64,000 nt of DNA from Bigelowiella natans CCMP2755 (lineage: Eukaryota > Protista > Cercozoa): NCBI GenBank assembly GCA_000320545.1, contig ADNK01000510.1:62001-126000 (forward strand), written 5' to 3'. Positions 50,006 to 61,431 of the stretch are shown one piece after another (position 1 is the stretch's first letter; each line of letters starts with the position of its first letter). The notes below the pieces were generated by a model. It was given only the letters and a program-made list of their open reading frames with translations, searched no databases and had not been told where the DNA came from. Made by a program: the position numbers and the translations under genes.

Positions 50006-52023
50006 CCGCACTTATCAATACCACCACCCGCCTTCTACAATATTTACTGCACCATTTCCTTAAAAACACGCAGGCACCAGAACAGCATACCTCCATCGAA
50101 ATCCGGTTGCATCAGTACCGATTTGTTTCCATGTCTACAGTGAACATGATCATTATTCCTCCCCAACGTTCCGCAAAGTTCTAAGAGGCATGGAACCCCT
50201 TCTCGGAGTAACGAGTATTTTTTGGTGCAGCGTATGCGATCTGTTTGAAGGAGGGAGACATCAACAGCAGCAGCGGTCGCCAGGGTGTTTACATTTAGCG
50301 TAAACGCAGGTTATATATGTACTATATATTTATATCCGAAGTATTTTGAGTGGAGCATCTTTGATGAAAGAGAGTAGTATGGACAGTATCCACAAAATCA
50401 TATAGAAGGCCTACCGTCCAAACGCAGTTCTTTTCTATCTTCATTTTGCATGTTATCGACACCACTTGCCGGCTCCTCAGCGACATTATTGTCTCCCCTT
50501 CACGGAAAACGCGCATACACAAAGAATTCGAGATAGTTACAACCAATAAGCAAATGAAGATGGTAGTACGAATCCTTAATTGTCTACCTTTCCTTCTTTT
50601 TCATGAACGTCTTCTCTGGTTTCTCTGGAGATGCTATATCTTTCATCTGATAGACATTTGCTAGCATCAAACATTGGGAGGGACAATAATGCAGGACAAC
50701 AAGCATCTCATATACACACCCACACACACAATATGTAAAAATATTTTAAGCTACCTTAGAGCTGGGCTCGCTAACAAGACGACGAATTACGAATTTGCTC
50801 CCTTTCCTCGTCTGATGAATAGGTCCCAATTTATAAATAAAACATCTCAAATCAGCATGTAATTCATAATTTTATTGTATCTTTAGAACCACCATGTACA
50901 TTTCCATCGGGTCGATGACGACAATTCCTGTGGGCTTCTTCAACTCCAACTTGGTTCCATTTCTAAAAGCTTTCTCGATACTGACAACCGTGATTCCCAT
51001 CAGACATTACTTTATTAATTCAAATGATTCGTGAACGTTAGCTAAGAACCGTTTCGATGCTTCCTTTGGAAACTCCTTCCAGGACATCGAGCGGCCGTTG
51101 TACCATTCCCAAGAATAGGGAGAGCCCGACCGCTCTATTTTGGGTGTTTTTTCGACATTTTTTGATGGAATTTCCTTCCCTTCTGCTGCAGCTTGCATAT
51201 TCGTTATTTTCACAGCTTCCACTCCCGTTTCTACTGCAGCTTGCATTCCTTCTGTTGGAATTTCCTTCCCTTCTGCTGCAGCTTGCATATTCGTTATTTT
51301 CACAGCTTCCACTCCCGTTTCTACTGCAGCTTGCATTCCTTCTGTTGGAATTTCCTTCCCTTCTGCTGCAGCTTGCATATTCGTTATTTTCACAGCTTCC
51401 ACTCCCGTTTCTACCGCAGCTTGCATTCCTGTTTCTGTCGCAGAGGGCATTTCCGTCGTAGATTGCTTCCCTATATCTATTGCAGCTGGCATTTCTGTCT
51501 GATTTGTAGACAGTGAAAAAGCTTGTTGCTGGTCCGACACATTCTTTAACGAAGTTCCCGCACCAGCAGCTAACCCTACTGTCGGGTCATGCTGAAATTG
51601 TACATTCTCTACTACTTTTCCAATGGTTCGCCGGAGTTGAGCTTCATCTTTACTTTCCATCTAAAATAAGGGGCTTTAACATTTTTTGTGATTGATATCT
51701 AATCCAGGAATGATTTTTCCACCTACCTCAACTTTCTGTTTCTCAATTCTTCTGGGGCTCTCTTCTCCAGATCTAGTCGAACCTAATTTAGTTCTCTTCT
51801 AAATTTTCCGTACCATATTGATTAGTCCTCAGATTTCCCCCTTCCTAGAACTGCTTCTTGGTTCCACTAGATCAGGTGCAATCTCCCCGGTTTCCTCTTC
51901 ATTTGAGAGCAGACTTCCGAGCGTAGGTTATCAGGTTGAAACGCCGCTGATGTGTTCGGGTAGAAAACGAGTAGAAAACACTCCTGATGTGGCGGTTGCT
52001 ATCCGATCTGTTCGATCTGCCAT
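34381..52023 (-). CDS. Giant multi-exon Roco-family protein (WWE, beta-rich region, Roc, COR, long unique region, multi-pass TM C-terminus); may be more than one gene
   Basis: Consecutive minus-strand ORFs are joinable by in-frame GT-AG introns at the junctions checked, and no promoter-like gap is visible. The 5' end is approximate. Confidence 0.55.
44810..48000 (-). CDS. Roc GTPase and COR domain exons
   Basis: WNRSRLMLVG/EQGRSGKT (P-loop), ASTVGVD, TVWDYAGQTVFYTTH, YWLQSI..IVGTHMD; COR-like FFPVDN, LFHDLGVAIYF..ILNP. Confidence 0.9.
48779..48861. repeat. Imperfect 42-bp tandem duplication (intronic)
   Basis: agatctggag..aaccatcattatcaaatatctcc occurs twice. Confidence 0.85.
50760..51130 (-). 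CDS. WWE-like domain exons
   Basis: YSWEWYNGRSMSWKEFPKEAS, SIEKAFRNG..VVIDPMEM and KGSKFVIRR. Confidence 0.65.
51166..51430 (-). repeat. Coding minisatellite, 90-bp unit, about 3 copies
   Basis: Encodes GMQAAVETGVEAVKITNMQAAAEGKEIP(TE) three times; the copies are near-identical. Confidence 0.95.
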
Positions 52024-52104
52024 TGTCGCAGCTACAAAATCGTCGGGTGGAAATTTAATTAATAATTGTTCTACAAAATGTAAAGATGGATTCGTTTGTT
52101 TTAC

Positions 52105-55100
52105 ATGCTGCGATATACCAATGGGCATTGTCGCAGGACGGAAATCGACTCTACTATTTTGTACGATGACGATCCAACTTCCGAACTAATCGCGACCCCG
52201 ATGGACGAGGAGGTCTCCCTAACGCAATATTATGACTTTGTTGTCATTGGGGGAGGCGTCGCTGGGGTAACATGTGCACAGGAACTTGAGAGACTCCTTC
52301 CGAGGAAAATACAAAAAATGACACCTGCCATTGCCTTGGTGAGCTGCACCTCGACGCTGAAGGTAATTGACTCTCCTCCTCAGCGTATTTTGCTGCTGCT
52401 ATAAAGTTGTGCTTCTAGGTCGTCGAAAATTTACAAGCTCGTACGAAGGCAATAATCGATTTCGACATACGAGAGGTTAAAGTGACCAAATGTCGGCAAA
52501 TACTGAAAAATACAAAGGTAGTTGTAGGTCTACCTATTCTGCACCGGTGCGCCATTGCTCACGTCGTTTCTTTTCCAGGTTGTCACTGGACTCGTGGAAC
52601 ACGTGAATTCTTCCAAGAAGCAGATAACCTTGGATTCTAAAGAAATTCTCAGGTGGGCGACTCTTAATCGAACTCTTAATGGGTTCCACTGAAGTACACA
52701 CTGTTGTTTTGCTTTCCAGTTATGGAAAGCTCTGCATTTGTTCCGGAGCCCGCCCAAAACTTCTCTGCGATAATGTGTGGTTTTCCTAACATCCTGCATT
52801 GCTTGTGAGATATGAACGAGTTTTCATAATTTTAGAATTCCCGTGTGATCGGAATCCGAGACGTTGATTCCGTTGTCGAATTGGGCAAGAAGTTAAGTGC
52901 TGCAAGGAGAGTTGTGATTGTCGGGAACGGCGGCATAGCAATGGAGCTTGTTCACGCTCTCCATATCGCACAAGCTAGCATGGCAAAGGAGGGGACCAAA
53001 AAAGATGGGGGAAGTGTAATAGAGTACCACAAGATTGAGATTATCTGGGTCGTGAGAGACAGGATGCTAGGACACACATTCTTAGATAGAACTGCAAGCG
53101 CATATTTGCTCCCCTTCCTATTTCCGAAAAAGGACCCGACGTGCCCTCCTCCTTCCGTAGATAGTAGCAGTGGTGATGGTACTACGAGTAGAAATAATGG
53201 AAGAAGTGAGAATGGGCGCGGAACAGCAGAGAATAAGGGGGAGGCAGCAGCTAAAAAGGAGCAACTTCGGTCTGAGCAAGAAGCTGATAATAACAATAAT
53301 AACAATAATAATAGTAATAGTAGTGGGGGCCAGCGCCGATTATCGACTACAGGATCATCTGCACATAGTCCCATTAGCCATGAGCACCGCCAAAGAAAAC
53401 AACAGCAGCAGCAACTTGATGGGTCCTTAGGGCCGTACTGGCTCCAATGCCTAGGGGGAGTGCTTGATGCAAAATCATCCAGAAAGCAACCATTTCTTGT
53501 AGAATCATATGAACAAAACAGCAGCAGCAGCAGCAATTTCAGGCGGGCTGAATTGAACTACCAGCCAAACGTCACCATGGAATTCGAAACAGAAGTCCAT
53601 CAGTGCGTTGATTTGTCAGCGAAGACGTCCGATGCATCATCAGGTCATTGTAGCTTTCTCGAGCCAAACATTCTGCTTGATCATGCTTGCCGTTGCTTCT
53701 TCCTTCTTTAAACGGGCTAATACGCACAAGAAGTCATGCAGAACCGTTCAAATCAGGTGTCTCTAGCAAAAATGGCCCATTCCCCCTGCAAGTAGAGCTC
53801 ACAAACGGACGCAAGATCAAGTGCGATTTCGTCGTATCTGCTACGGGGGTGGTTCCCAACACTGAATTCCTTTCGGAGGAATTTGAGCTGGGACCGGACA
53901 GGGGCGTCAAGATCGACGAGACAATGGCGACGAGTGTACCAGACGTGTTCGCAGCAGGTAGTACCAGGACACAGTAACGGGGGGGGGGGAAGAGAAAATG
54001 AAATCCTTTGCAATGGTGAAAGAATTCTCTTACTTTGGTACAAGTTGGTTCACAAAAACATATATTATGCACACAAACGCACACCACCACCACCACCACC
54101 ACCACCACCACCACCACCACCACCGCCACCACATATTGTCTGTACCATTCTCTGCATATGCGTGGCAGTTGTCATCATAATCAACAACAGCAACAACACT
54201 CTCCCTGCCATCATCCAAACATGCATGCATACATACATACGTCACAATAGGTGACGCTTGTTACTGTGAATTCGAAGACCATAGCTCCACGTGGTTGCAA
54301 ATGAGGCTGTGGACGCAAGCCAGAGTCATGGGCGCTTACGCTGCAAGAGCAATGGCCGGACTGGTAATAGCAATAGTTATAGGAGTAGGTAGAGCTGCAT
54401 CAGCAGCAGTAGGAGGAAAGGAGAGGAGAGTAGTGATGGAGGAGATGCGATGAGTTAAAACAGCACTTGAGTAGTTAGAAATTATGTGCCGGCACACAAG
54501 ACAAAGAAGAGCCAACGCGTGTTCAACATGCAAAGAAATAGTGAAGAGACTTCAACATCCTGCGCCACAGCCATCAGTCGTTTGGCGGGGTGTAAGGACA
54601 CACACGTACTGACCGTCACAGACACTGGAATTCCATATTTCGAAAAATCACAACTACTACCTAAAACTACTACAACAACACCTACTACTACTACTACTAC
54701 TACTACGATTACCACTTGTTCAAACATGAAAAGAGCTAAAGGCACCACGACACCACCCATCACATCAACCCACACTACACAGGGATCGGAACTAGGATTC
54801 AACTTCGAGCTGTTTGCACACTGCACGTCGTTCTTCGGAGAGAAGGTGGTCCTCTTGGGAAACTTCAATGGAGAGGTAGTCGGTAGGGTTATCAGTGTGA
54901 CAGCAGCACGTGCTCGGGCCCACGCTTTGACCTGCTCCTTTGATATACTACACTCAACGATGCAGTCGGTATGCGTTTTCAAAGGAAATACGATGGCTCA
55001 GAGAGGATGACTTTTTACAGGGACTCGGTGAAGAAAATAAGGACTTCAAAGTGTTGGTGCGCTGCAAGCCTGGCGTCGAGTTTATCCGGGTTCTAGTGAA

Positions 55101-55482
55101 GAACCACCGAATGGTTGTTGTATGTAGCAGCTACCACATAAATGATGATGCGCTCAATTATTCCCTACTTCATTGTCAGTCGTTCCACATTGAAAATCGC
55201 TGTATCTCATCTTCTTCTTGTTCTCCGATGAAAAGGTGGGAGCAACTCTGATAGGAGACGTGGACCTAGCAGAGACTTTCGAAAATCTCCTCATGAATCA
55301 GGTAGCATGTGAAAGCATGGTGGGCGAACGGTTTGGTTGCGCACACACAAGTTTATTCAACACCGGAATTAATTCTGGTACTTTTGCTTCTGTTTTACCC
55401 TGCCTTTGGTCAGATAAATATTGCTTCGATTGAGGACGAGCTTCTGAGGGAGGATGTAGATCTTGAAGACTACTTTGACTGA
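52105..55482 (+). CDS. PYROXD1: Pyridine nucleotide-disulfide oxidoreductase domain-containing protein 1, multi-exon
   Basis: VVIGGGVAGVTCAQEL, YGKLCICSGARP, GIRDVDSV..IVGNGGIAMEL, LGPYW, CDFVVSATGVVPN, WLQMRLWTQAR, FELFAHCTSFFG.KVVLLG, LAETFENL, DLEDYFD*. The start codon is uncertain (52105 or 52201). Confidence 0.93.
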
Positions 55483-55499
55483 TGTTTGTGGTAGCTTAG

Positions 55500-56590
55500 A
55501 ATCGAAATTAGCATGATCTCGAAGATGTCTAAGAAACGTGACAGATGTGCCAATTGTATGTGCAAGAGGCCGGTCAGCATCAAAATCAGCTTGCAATCTT
55601 ACATCAGACGAAAGCTAGTAGACAATTGGCAACTGCTATCGCATGTGTAAATTCTACTGAACTGTGAATAGAAGCAACGGATGCGCATTTATTCGCGAAT
55701 TTCATACTTGATAAAATTATACTTTCTGGTGGCATCATATAGTCCGTTCGGTCATATGTCTGTATGTTGTATACAGCGATGAGCTGAGAGAACACATAGT
55801 ACAGTGCTACAAAGGAAGAAACCACACTCAGCGTTAGCATCATGCTAAGCATAGATGTCTGCTCATGTATTGCATGCACATTGTCATGTTTGGCGTCTTT
55901 GTCTATGCTAGCATGTCTCATCTTGCAGTATAGTGGTGTAGTTTACGTGCATAGCTACATCGCACCCACATTGTTGCACATGTACGTGTGTAGATATGGG
56001 CTTGCGTCTACTATAAAGACGTGTGCTTCCCTACGACATGCGGGGACTTACAAGTCCACATGCGTGCATGCTGTCTATGACATGTGCATCGACCACTTCA
56101 CATGAACCTTTAACCTCGATCACATGTAGCACAAATCAGCGTACACATGAACACATAGCTAGATAGGGACTTGCAAGACCATGTAACGATGCGCATTTTG
56201 CCAAACAAGTGAACGCAAATATGGAATCACATCTCAACATCATTGATAGCCGTTGTTTCGGTATTGAGTGTCGCGCGCATTTCGCGCAACAGTGCGTGTC
56301 TCCTTCTCATTGCAACTCAATGATCTTTCACTTGTTTCGTCGTCGCGCATCACGTGCTGTGGCATTGAGCTGATTCCTCAAGCGGCGTTGTTGTATAGCT
56401 GACGTGCGTGTGGTGTGTAATGGGCTTAGCTAGTTAGCTGGTGTGACCAGCAGGTTTTTGAGACTGGCAATCTGGCCATTGTGGAACAATTCGGCCATCA
56501 GCAGCATGGCGTCGTGGACGTGGGGCGAATGCACATGCAAGTCCAGAAAGTGCATGCCAATGTGTCCAACATGCATGCTTCACAGCCATA
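55500..56590. other. Altered convergent intergenic tract 5
   Basis: Rich in CATG/TGCA/GCTAGC, with TpA-poor stretches around 56265-56390 and 56440-56585; lies between the PYROXD1 stop and the JmjC-ANK stop. Confidence 0.7.
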
Positions 56591-56609
56591 GAATTTCGCG
56601 TCACAATTT

Positions 56610-58448
56610 TTAAGAATTCTTCGTGCTAAAATCCGCACAAATGGCAGACTTTTTTTTTTTCAAATAGTCTATGACATCTGTAGAAGCCGAGCCAGCTATA
56701 GCCCAATCCCTGCATTTAAAATATGAATGAAATATTGTATGCTGATACTCGTTAGCTTATGTCTCAGTTACACATCCTTTCATTTATTGAAATGGTGCTT
56801 CACAGTATTGCATGCACATGTAGGAGGGAACACTGACAGAGGAGTCATTCCTTGCTTGTCCTTGGCGCAGATATCCGCACCGGCATCAACAAGAAATTCA
56901 ACGCACCTTAAATTACCAACGCGTACCAAAAATAAAGTGAAATACTTTACATATAAATTCTGAATTTGTTCGTGTATTGCCCAAGAAGAGGTGACAGCTG
57001 CTCATATATCTACTCGCTCATTCTACTACCTCATATGGCCTTCAGATGCCATCAGATGCAACGGTGTGGTCCCACGAGTGTCTTTTCTGCTCAAGTCAGC
57101 CCCTTTCTGTGAAGAGATGAAGGTTAGACGAATAACAGTGCGCCGAATAAAATCAAGGAGGAGTAACTATAGGTGTTTGAGCGTTGTGTGTTGTTGGCGC
57201 AGGACGTACATACCAACCACCTCCTCACCTCTATAAGCAGCTTGATAGTCGTCGAGCATCCACTCCTTGCGCTCCCTACACAATAAACACGTGGTATGAA
57301 CGACGACGGGCAAGAGAAAAGCGCAAGCAATGCGGCAGCATCAAACGACCCAACGATGAAGATGACAATGATGATGACGATGAAGGAATATATCACAGTG
57401 TAGAGGAGTCGCCCGGTAGCAGTCTTCAGCCTCCAGGTTCCCTCCTTGCGCAAGCATCCACTTGGAAGAAGAGTAAAGAAGGACGGGGAAGGGAGGAACG
57501 TCAAGAAGAAGAATAGTGTCTTAGAAGCACAAGGAATAAGGATAGAAGAAAGAAAAAGAGAGAGAGTTTGAAAGAAGAAAGAGAATTGACGAACGTTTCA
57601 GCCCCCCCCTCTTCCCCTATCTCTCTTTCTTCTTTCTGGCTCTCACTTCCAAGGTTCTGTAAGTCCCTGCACCGGCCGAGAGATGTAAAGGTGTTGCTTG
57701 CAAATACTCTCGCATATGTAGCAACTACGAGGATGAGGGTGGGGGAACAGAAGAGAGAGGTCACAGGTACGGTTGATTGCTAATTGTGGTGATAATAAAT
57801 CTTTTAAAGAAAGACATCGTCAAAGGCTACTGCCCATAAAAGCGAAACAGTTGTGCTACGACAAAACTAGCACCATCCGCTATGATCACTTGGGAGAAAA
57901 GGAATGTTTGCGAGGGGCAATACATGATGTAAGGTGTTCCCTCACACTCAACCTCTCTCCTTGACTTGCCCGTGAACCTCGTCAGCATCTTGGCCACACA
58001 CGCAACAACTAGGTTGGGGGGGGGGGGGTGATGGGGAGACGATGGGAAGAGGAGTAAGATGGCTTCGGCCCTATGTTGTATACATGCGTGTGTGCGTGTA
58101 TGACGTGCGTGTGCAACGTATGGTTATGTTGTGCGTGTGTGCGTATTTGGGTGTGTATTAGACCTTGTGCGTCGTCGCTCTCCGCAGCGGTGTGCATGAG
58201 AGACATCCTGTGGAGGGATTTTTGTTGTATGGTGGGAAATAATAGTAACACCCAGATTGTGACTAGATGACGACGACGATGACGACGACGACGGTGATAT
58301 CAGATTCGCACGCACACACACACACACATACCCGCACACTTGTTGTCGTAGGAATCAAGGAGTTGAGCGGTGTGCGAGATCATCGTATTTCGTGGTGTAC
58401 ACTACTTTCTTTTGTTATCGGCGACTACAGCAGAGCTACTACATATAC

Positions 58449-58491
<43 letters not shown>

Positions 58492-58721
58492 TGGAGAGAA
58501 AAAGGACATAAAGGAGAAAGGTAGCAAACCCTCTTGAATTGACGAGAGTGAGGAGTCTGATTCTGTCCTCTTCCTTTGCTTGTTCCTGAGAAGAGGAAGA
58601 GGAAGAGGAAGAGGAGGAGGAGGAGGAATGAAGTGGAGGACGGGGAGATGGAAAATCTTAAGTTGTTAGAAATGTGATGAATGTCTATGTTTTGTTTATC
58701 AATATGTATAAATATAATATG

Positions 58722-58789
<68 letters not shown>

Positions 58790-59011
58790 CATCAGTACGC
58801 TTATGAGAGGGAAAAGACCTCGATGAGGTGGTAGCATGCTTCTAGGTGTCCATCTGCGACGTATGGATGCATGCCGGGGCTATCGCCAATGCCTCCGATT
58901 CCCACGGATATTCTTTGTGATGCAACATGCATGAGAGATTCGTCGACGGCTCAAGTTGCTATCCACCCTTCTATGGGAGGAAAGGGCCTATAATTGCTAT
59001 TAGTTGTTTGT

Positions 59012-59082
<71 letters not shown>

Positions 59083-59166
59083 GAGAAAGAGAAAGGGGGG
59101 AGGGGGCTGTTGTTAATGCACGGCTGTGTGATATTTCCACTACTGTAATCACTATTTCTTCTATTT

Positions 59167-59202
<36 letters not shown>

Positions 59203-60529
59203 GCTGTTATCGCCCAGTAGCGTACGTGTCGCATGCCACCATCCCTTAGGTAGGTAAAGGATATTCCCCTCTTCCTGATGATTTAGGGAGGTGGAGGAGG
59301 AATGACAGTGAAGCGAATGATCATAATCCCAGGGTAGTGAAAGAAGGTGGGTGAAGAAATGGATAAGGATATTGATGATTTCGGTATATCGTTGTCGTTT
59401 GTCATAGCTAGCACAGCAGCACTCGTTACCTGAATTACTCTGAGGGTTCTCCCATTTCCAGTGAAATTGTGATTTTTATGATCGTCAGCTTCGTTTATTT
59501 CTATCTGCACTACAGATGACCTTTGCTGTAAAGATCGAGGGACAGGGGGGGGAGTGGATTCATCAGGTGGCGCAATGAACCATTCCTTTCGTCCTACAAG
59601 AACAAAGCAAGAGTCAGTGATGACGACGAACATATACCGTCGCCTGCTGCACTACTGTAGCGGTATTCATACTACACAACCGTATATTAGTCCAAGCCAA
59701 CTCTCATCATGACGATGGAAGTCAAGACCGTCGCCATTCTCGGCTGCAATACTGACGACAGGTCGTAGATTTATGCACTTCAGCGCTGCTGGTACCCAGG
59801 AACACCTGATGGGATATTCTTTGATGATTATGGTTGTGATGATGATTATGATGATGATGATGATGATGATGATAGTCTCGCGCTACCCTGGTGTAACAGC
59901 AGTGATAGATTGGTAAAGTTCATCCCTAACAGTACTGAAGAGGAGGCCGGATCGCCCCAGGGTTCCATTACGTGGCTGCTGCTGCTTATGGAGGAGTTCC
60001 CGTAAACTCATTTGCGAGTCTAATAAAAAACATTAGTATTGTATAAGTGTGCTTTGTTTGTTCTGAATGGGAGAGCGGGATCGTTCTCTTGCTACCTCCC
60101 CTGAAAGAACCTCCACTTGCTGCCACTCGACGTGGATCGAGCGGTGCCACGTTAACACCGGCGAATTTCTGTTTATTGAACGGTTTTTGCATTGGTTGAT
60201 GGTATGATGATAGGCGCTAATAATAATAATGATGATAGTGAAGAGGAGGAGAAAAGGGGGGCGAGGAGAATGTCTCCCACCTCGATGAATTCCTTAGGTT
60301 CACCCCATTTATCCCTCAGGCTCAACAAATTAGGGGAGGATTCTAAAAGAATTGGGCCGGTGTTACGCAGGCATTCGTTGAATTCGACAGTGGTGAGTTT
60401 TGCGGCCATCTTGGGAGAGATTCGTGTTATTTCTGGGGTTGTAGCCCATGACGACGTGCTTAACCCCCGCCACGGTCTCGCTGCAGAGGCCAGCTGTGAT
60501 GCTCGACGGACGGAAGAGCAACGATCCAT
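56610..60529 (-). CDS. JmjC (JMJD8-like) 2-oxoglutarate oxygenase fused to C-terminal ankyrin repeats, multi-exon
   Basis: Exons read manually: GDGLDFHRHDESWLGLIYG (~59680-59735), GRKEWFIAPP, EEGNILYLPKGWWHATR (~59225-59275). Ankyrin repeats: ATPLHLSAGAG, GGNLEAEDCYRATPLH, GADLSRKDTRGTTPLHLMASEGH, GADICAKDKQGMTPL/DWA. Confidence 0.85.
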
Positions 60530-61431
60530 GGATTTGAGAAGGAAAAGCGCGATGTCCGTTCGAATTGATACTGTAGCTCTAATCACACCTTGTTCAAACC
60601 TTGAGCTGGGGATATACAGTGGTCCAGATCACCGTCCCCTCTCCCATCCTCGGCTCGGCTCTCCCTCCCGAAAGCCTGCTGGCAGGAAGTTCTCTTCGTG
60701 TTCGTCTCGTCTTAGTTCTACGACACGCGATCAGTGATGTCGCACGGTCAAAACACCATTTAAATGTGGAGAAGATAGCTAGATGAACAACAACAACAAC
60801 AACAACAGCAACAACAATAAAATAGATTCCTTTCAAACTGTCTCCAAAGATATAGCTAGGTTTCGTTCAAAAATTGTCCCAACAAATACCAGTTGGAGCA
60901 ATATGGTGTTACTAATGGGCTCAATATTTTTTTATCCGAGTTTTAGAAATCCATGGAAATCTATTTCGGAAATAAAGAGTGTTGGTTTGTTGTCGCACGA
61001 GTCACAATTGCAGAAGCACCGTTAACGGTTACAGAAAAAGGTCGCTGGTCTTTTTTCCTGACGACAAATATTTTGTCTAAGTCGCATGCAAAAAATCCTC
61101 GGGATTTCTGCTTTGACGGGATATACGGGAATGATCACAGAATGTTTCTGTGGAAGGAATGTGGTTTTCCAATGTAACTATTACCGGGAAACATGCAATA
61201 AATGTTGTCCAGAATGATAACACTTAACAACAGAGTAGTTTTCAAATAACAATGCTCCCTGAGCTTCAATCCCCCCCCCTCAAGAAACACTGTTAGAATA
61301 TATTTTCGAGTGAGAGTGGGATCTGTCCCCGATAATATTTACCGCAAATATGAATTCTATGATGTCATTGGGCCTCTCACGCCCTAAACCAAGAGCTTCA
61401 GGCACTTCCGCTCCAGTTCGAACAGGTGAAC

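Noticed and set aside
51166-51430. CRISPR-like array
   Set aside because: There are no unique spacers; this is an in-frame coding tandem repeat in a eukaryotic gene.
127-55482. RNA-metabolism gene cluster (GEMIN6, UPF2, PYROXD1)
   Set aside because: The genes are far apart and interspersed with unrelated genes, so the grouping is likely coincidental.
56265-56585. Possible further LINE 3' remnant (cagaaag..ccaatgtgtccaaca resembles 26480-26505)
   Set aside because: The matches are short and the spacing is inconsistent; an alignment is needed before calling it.
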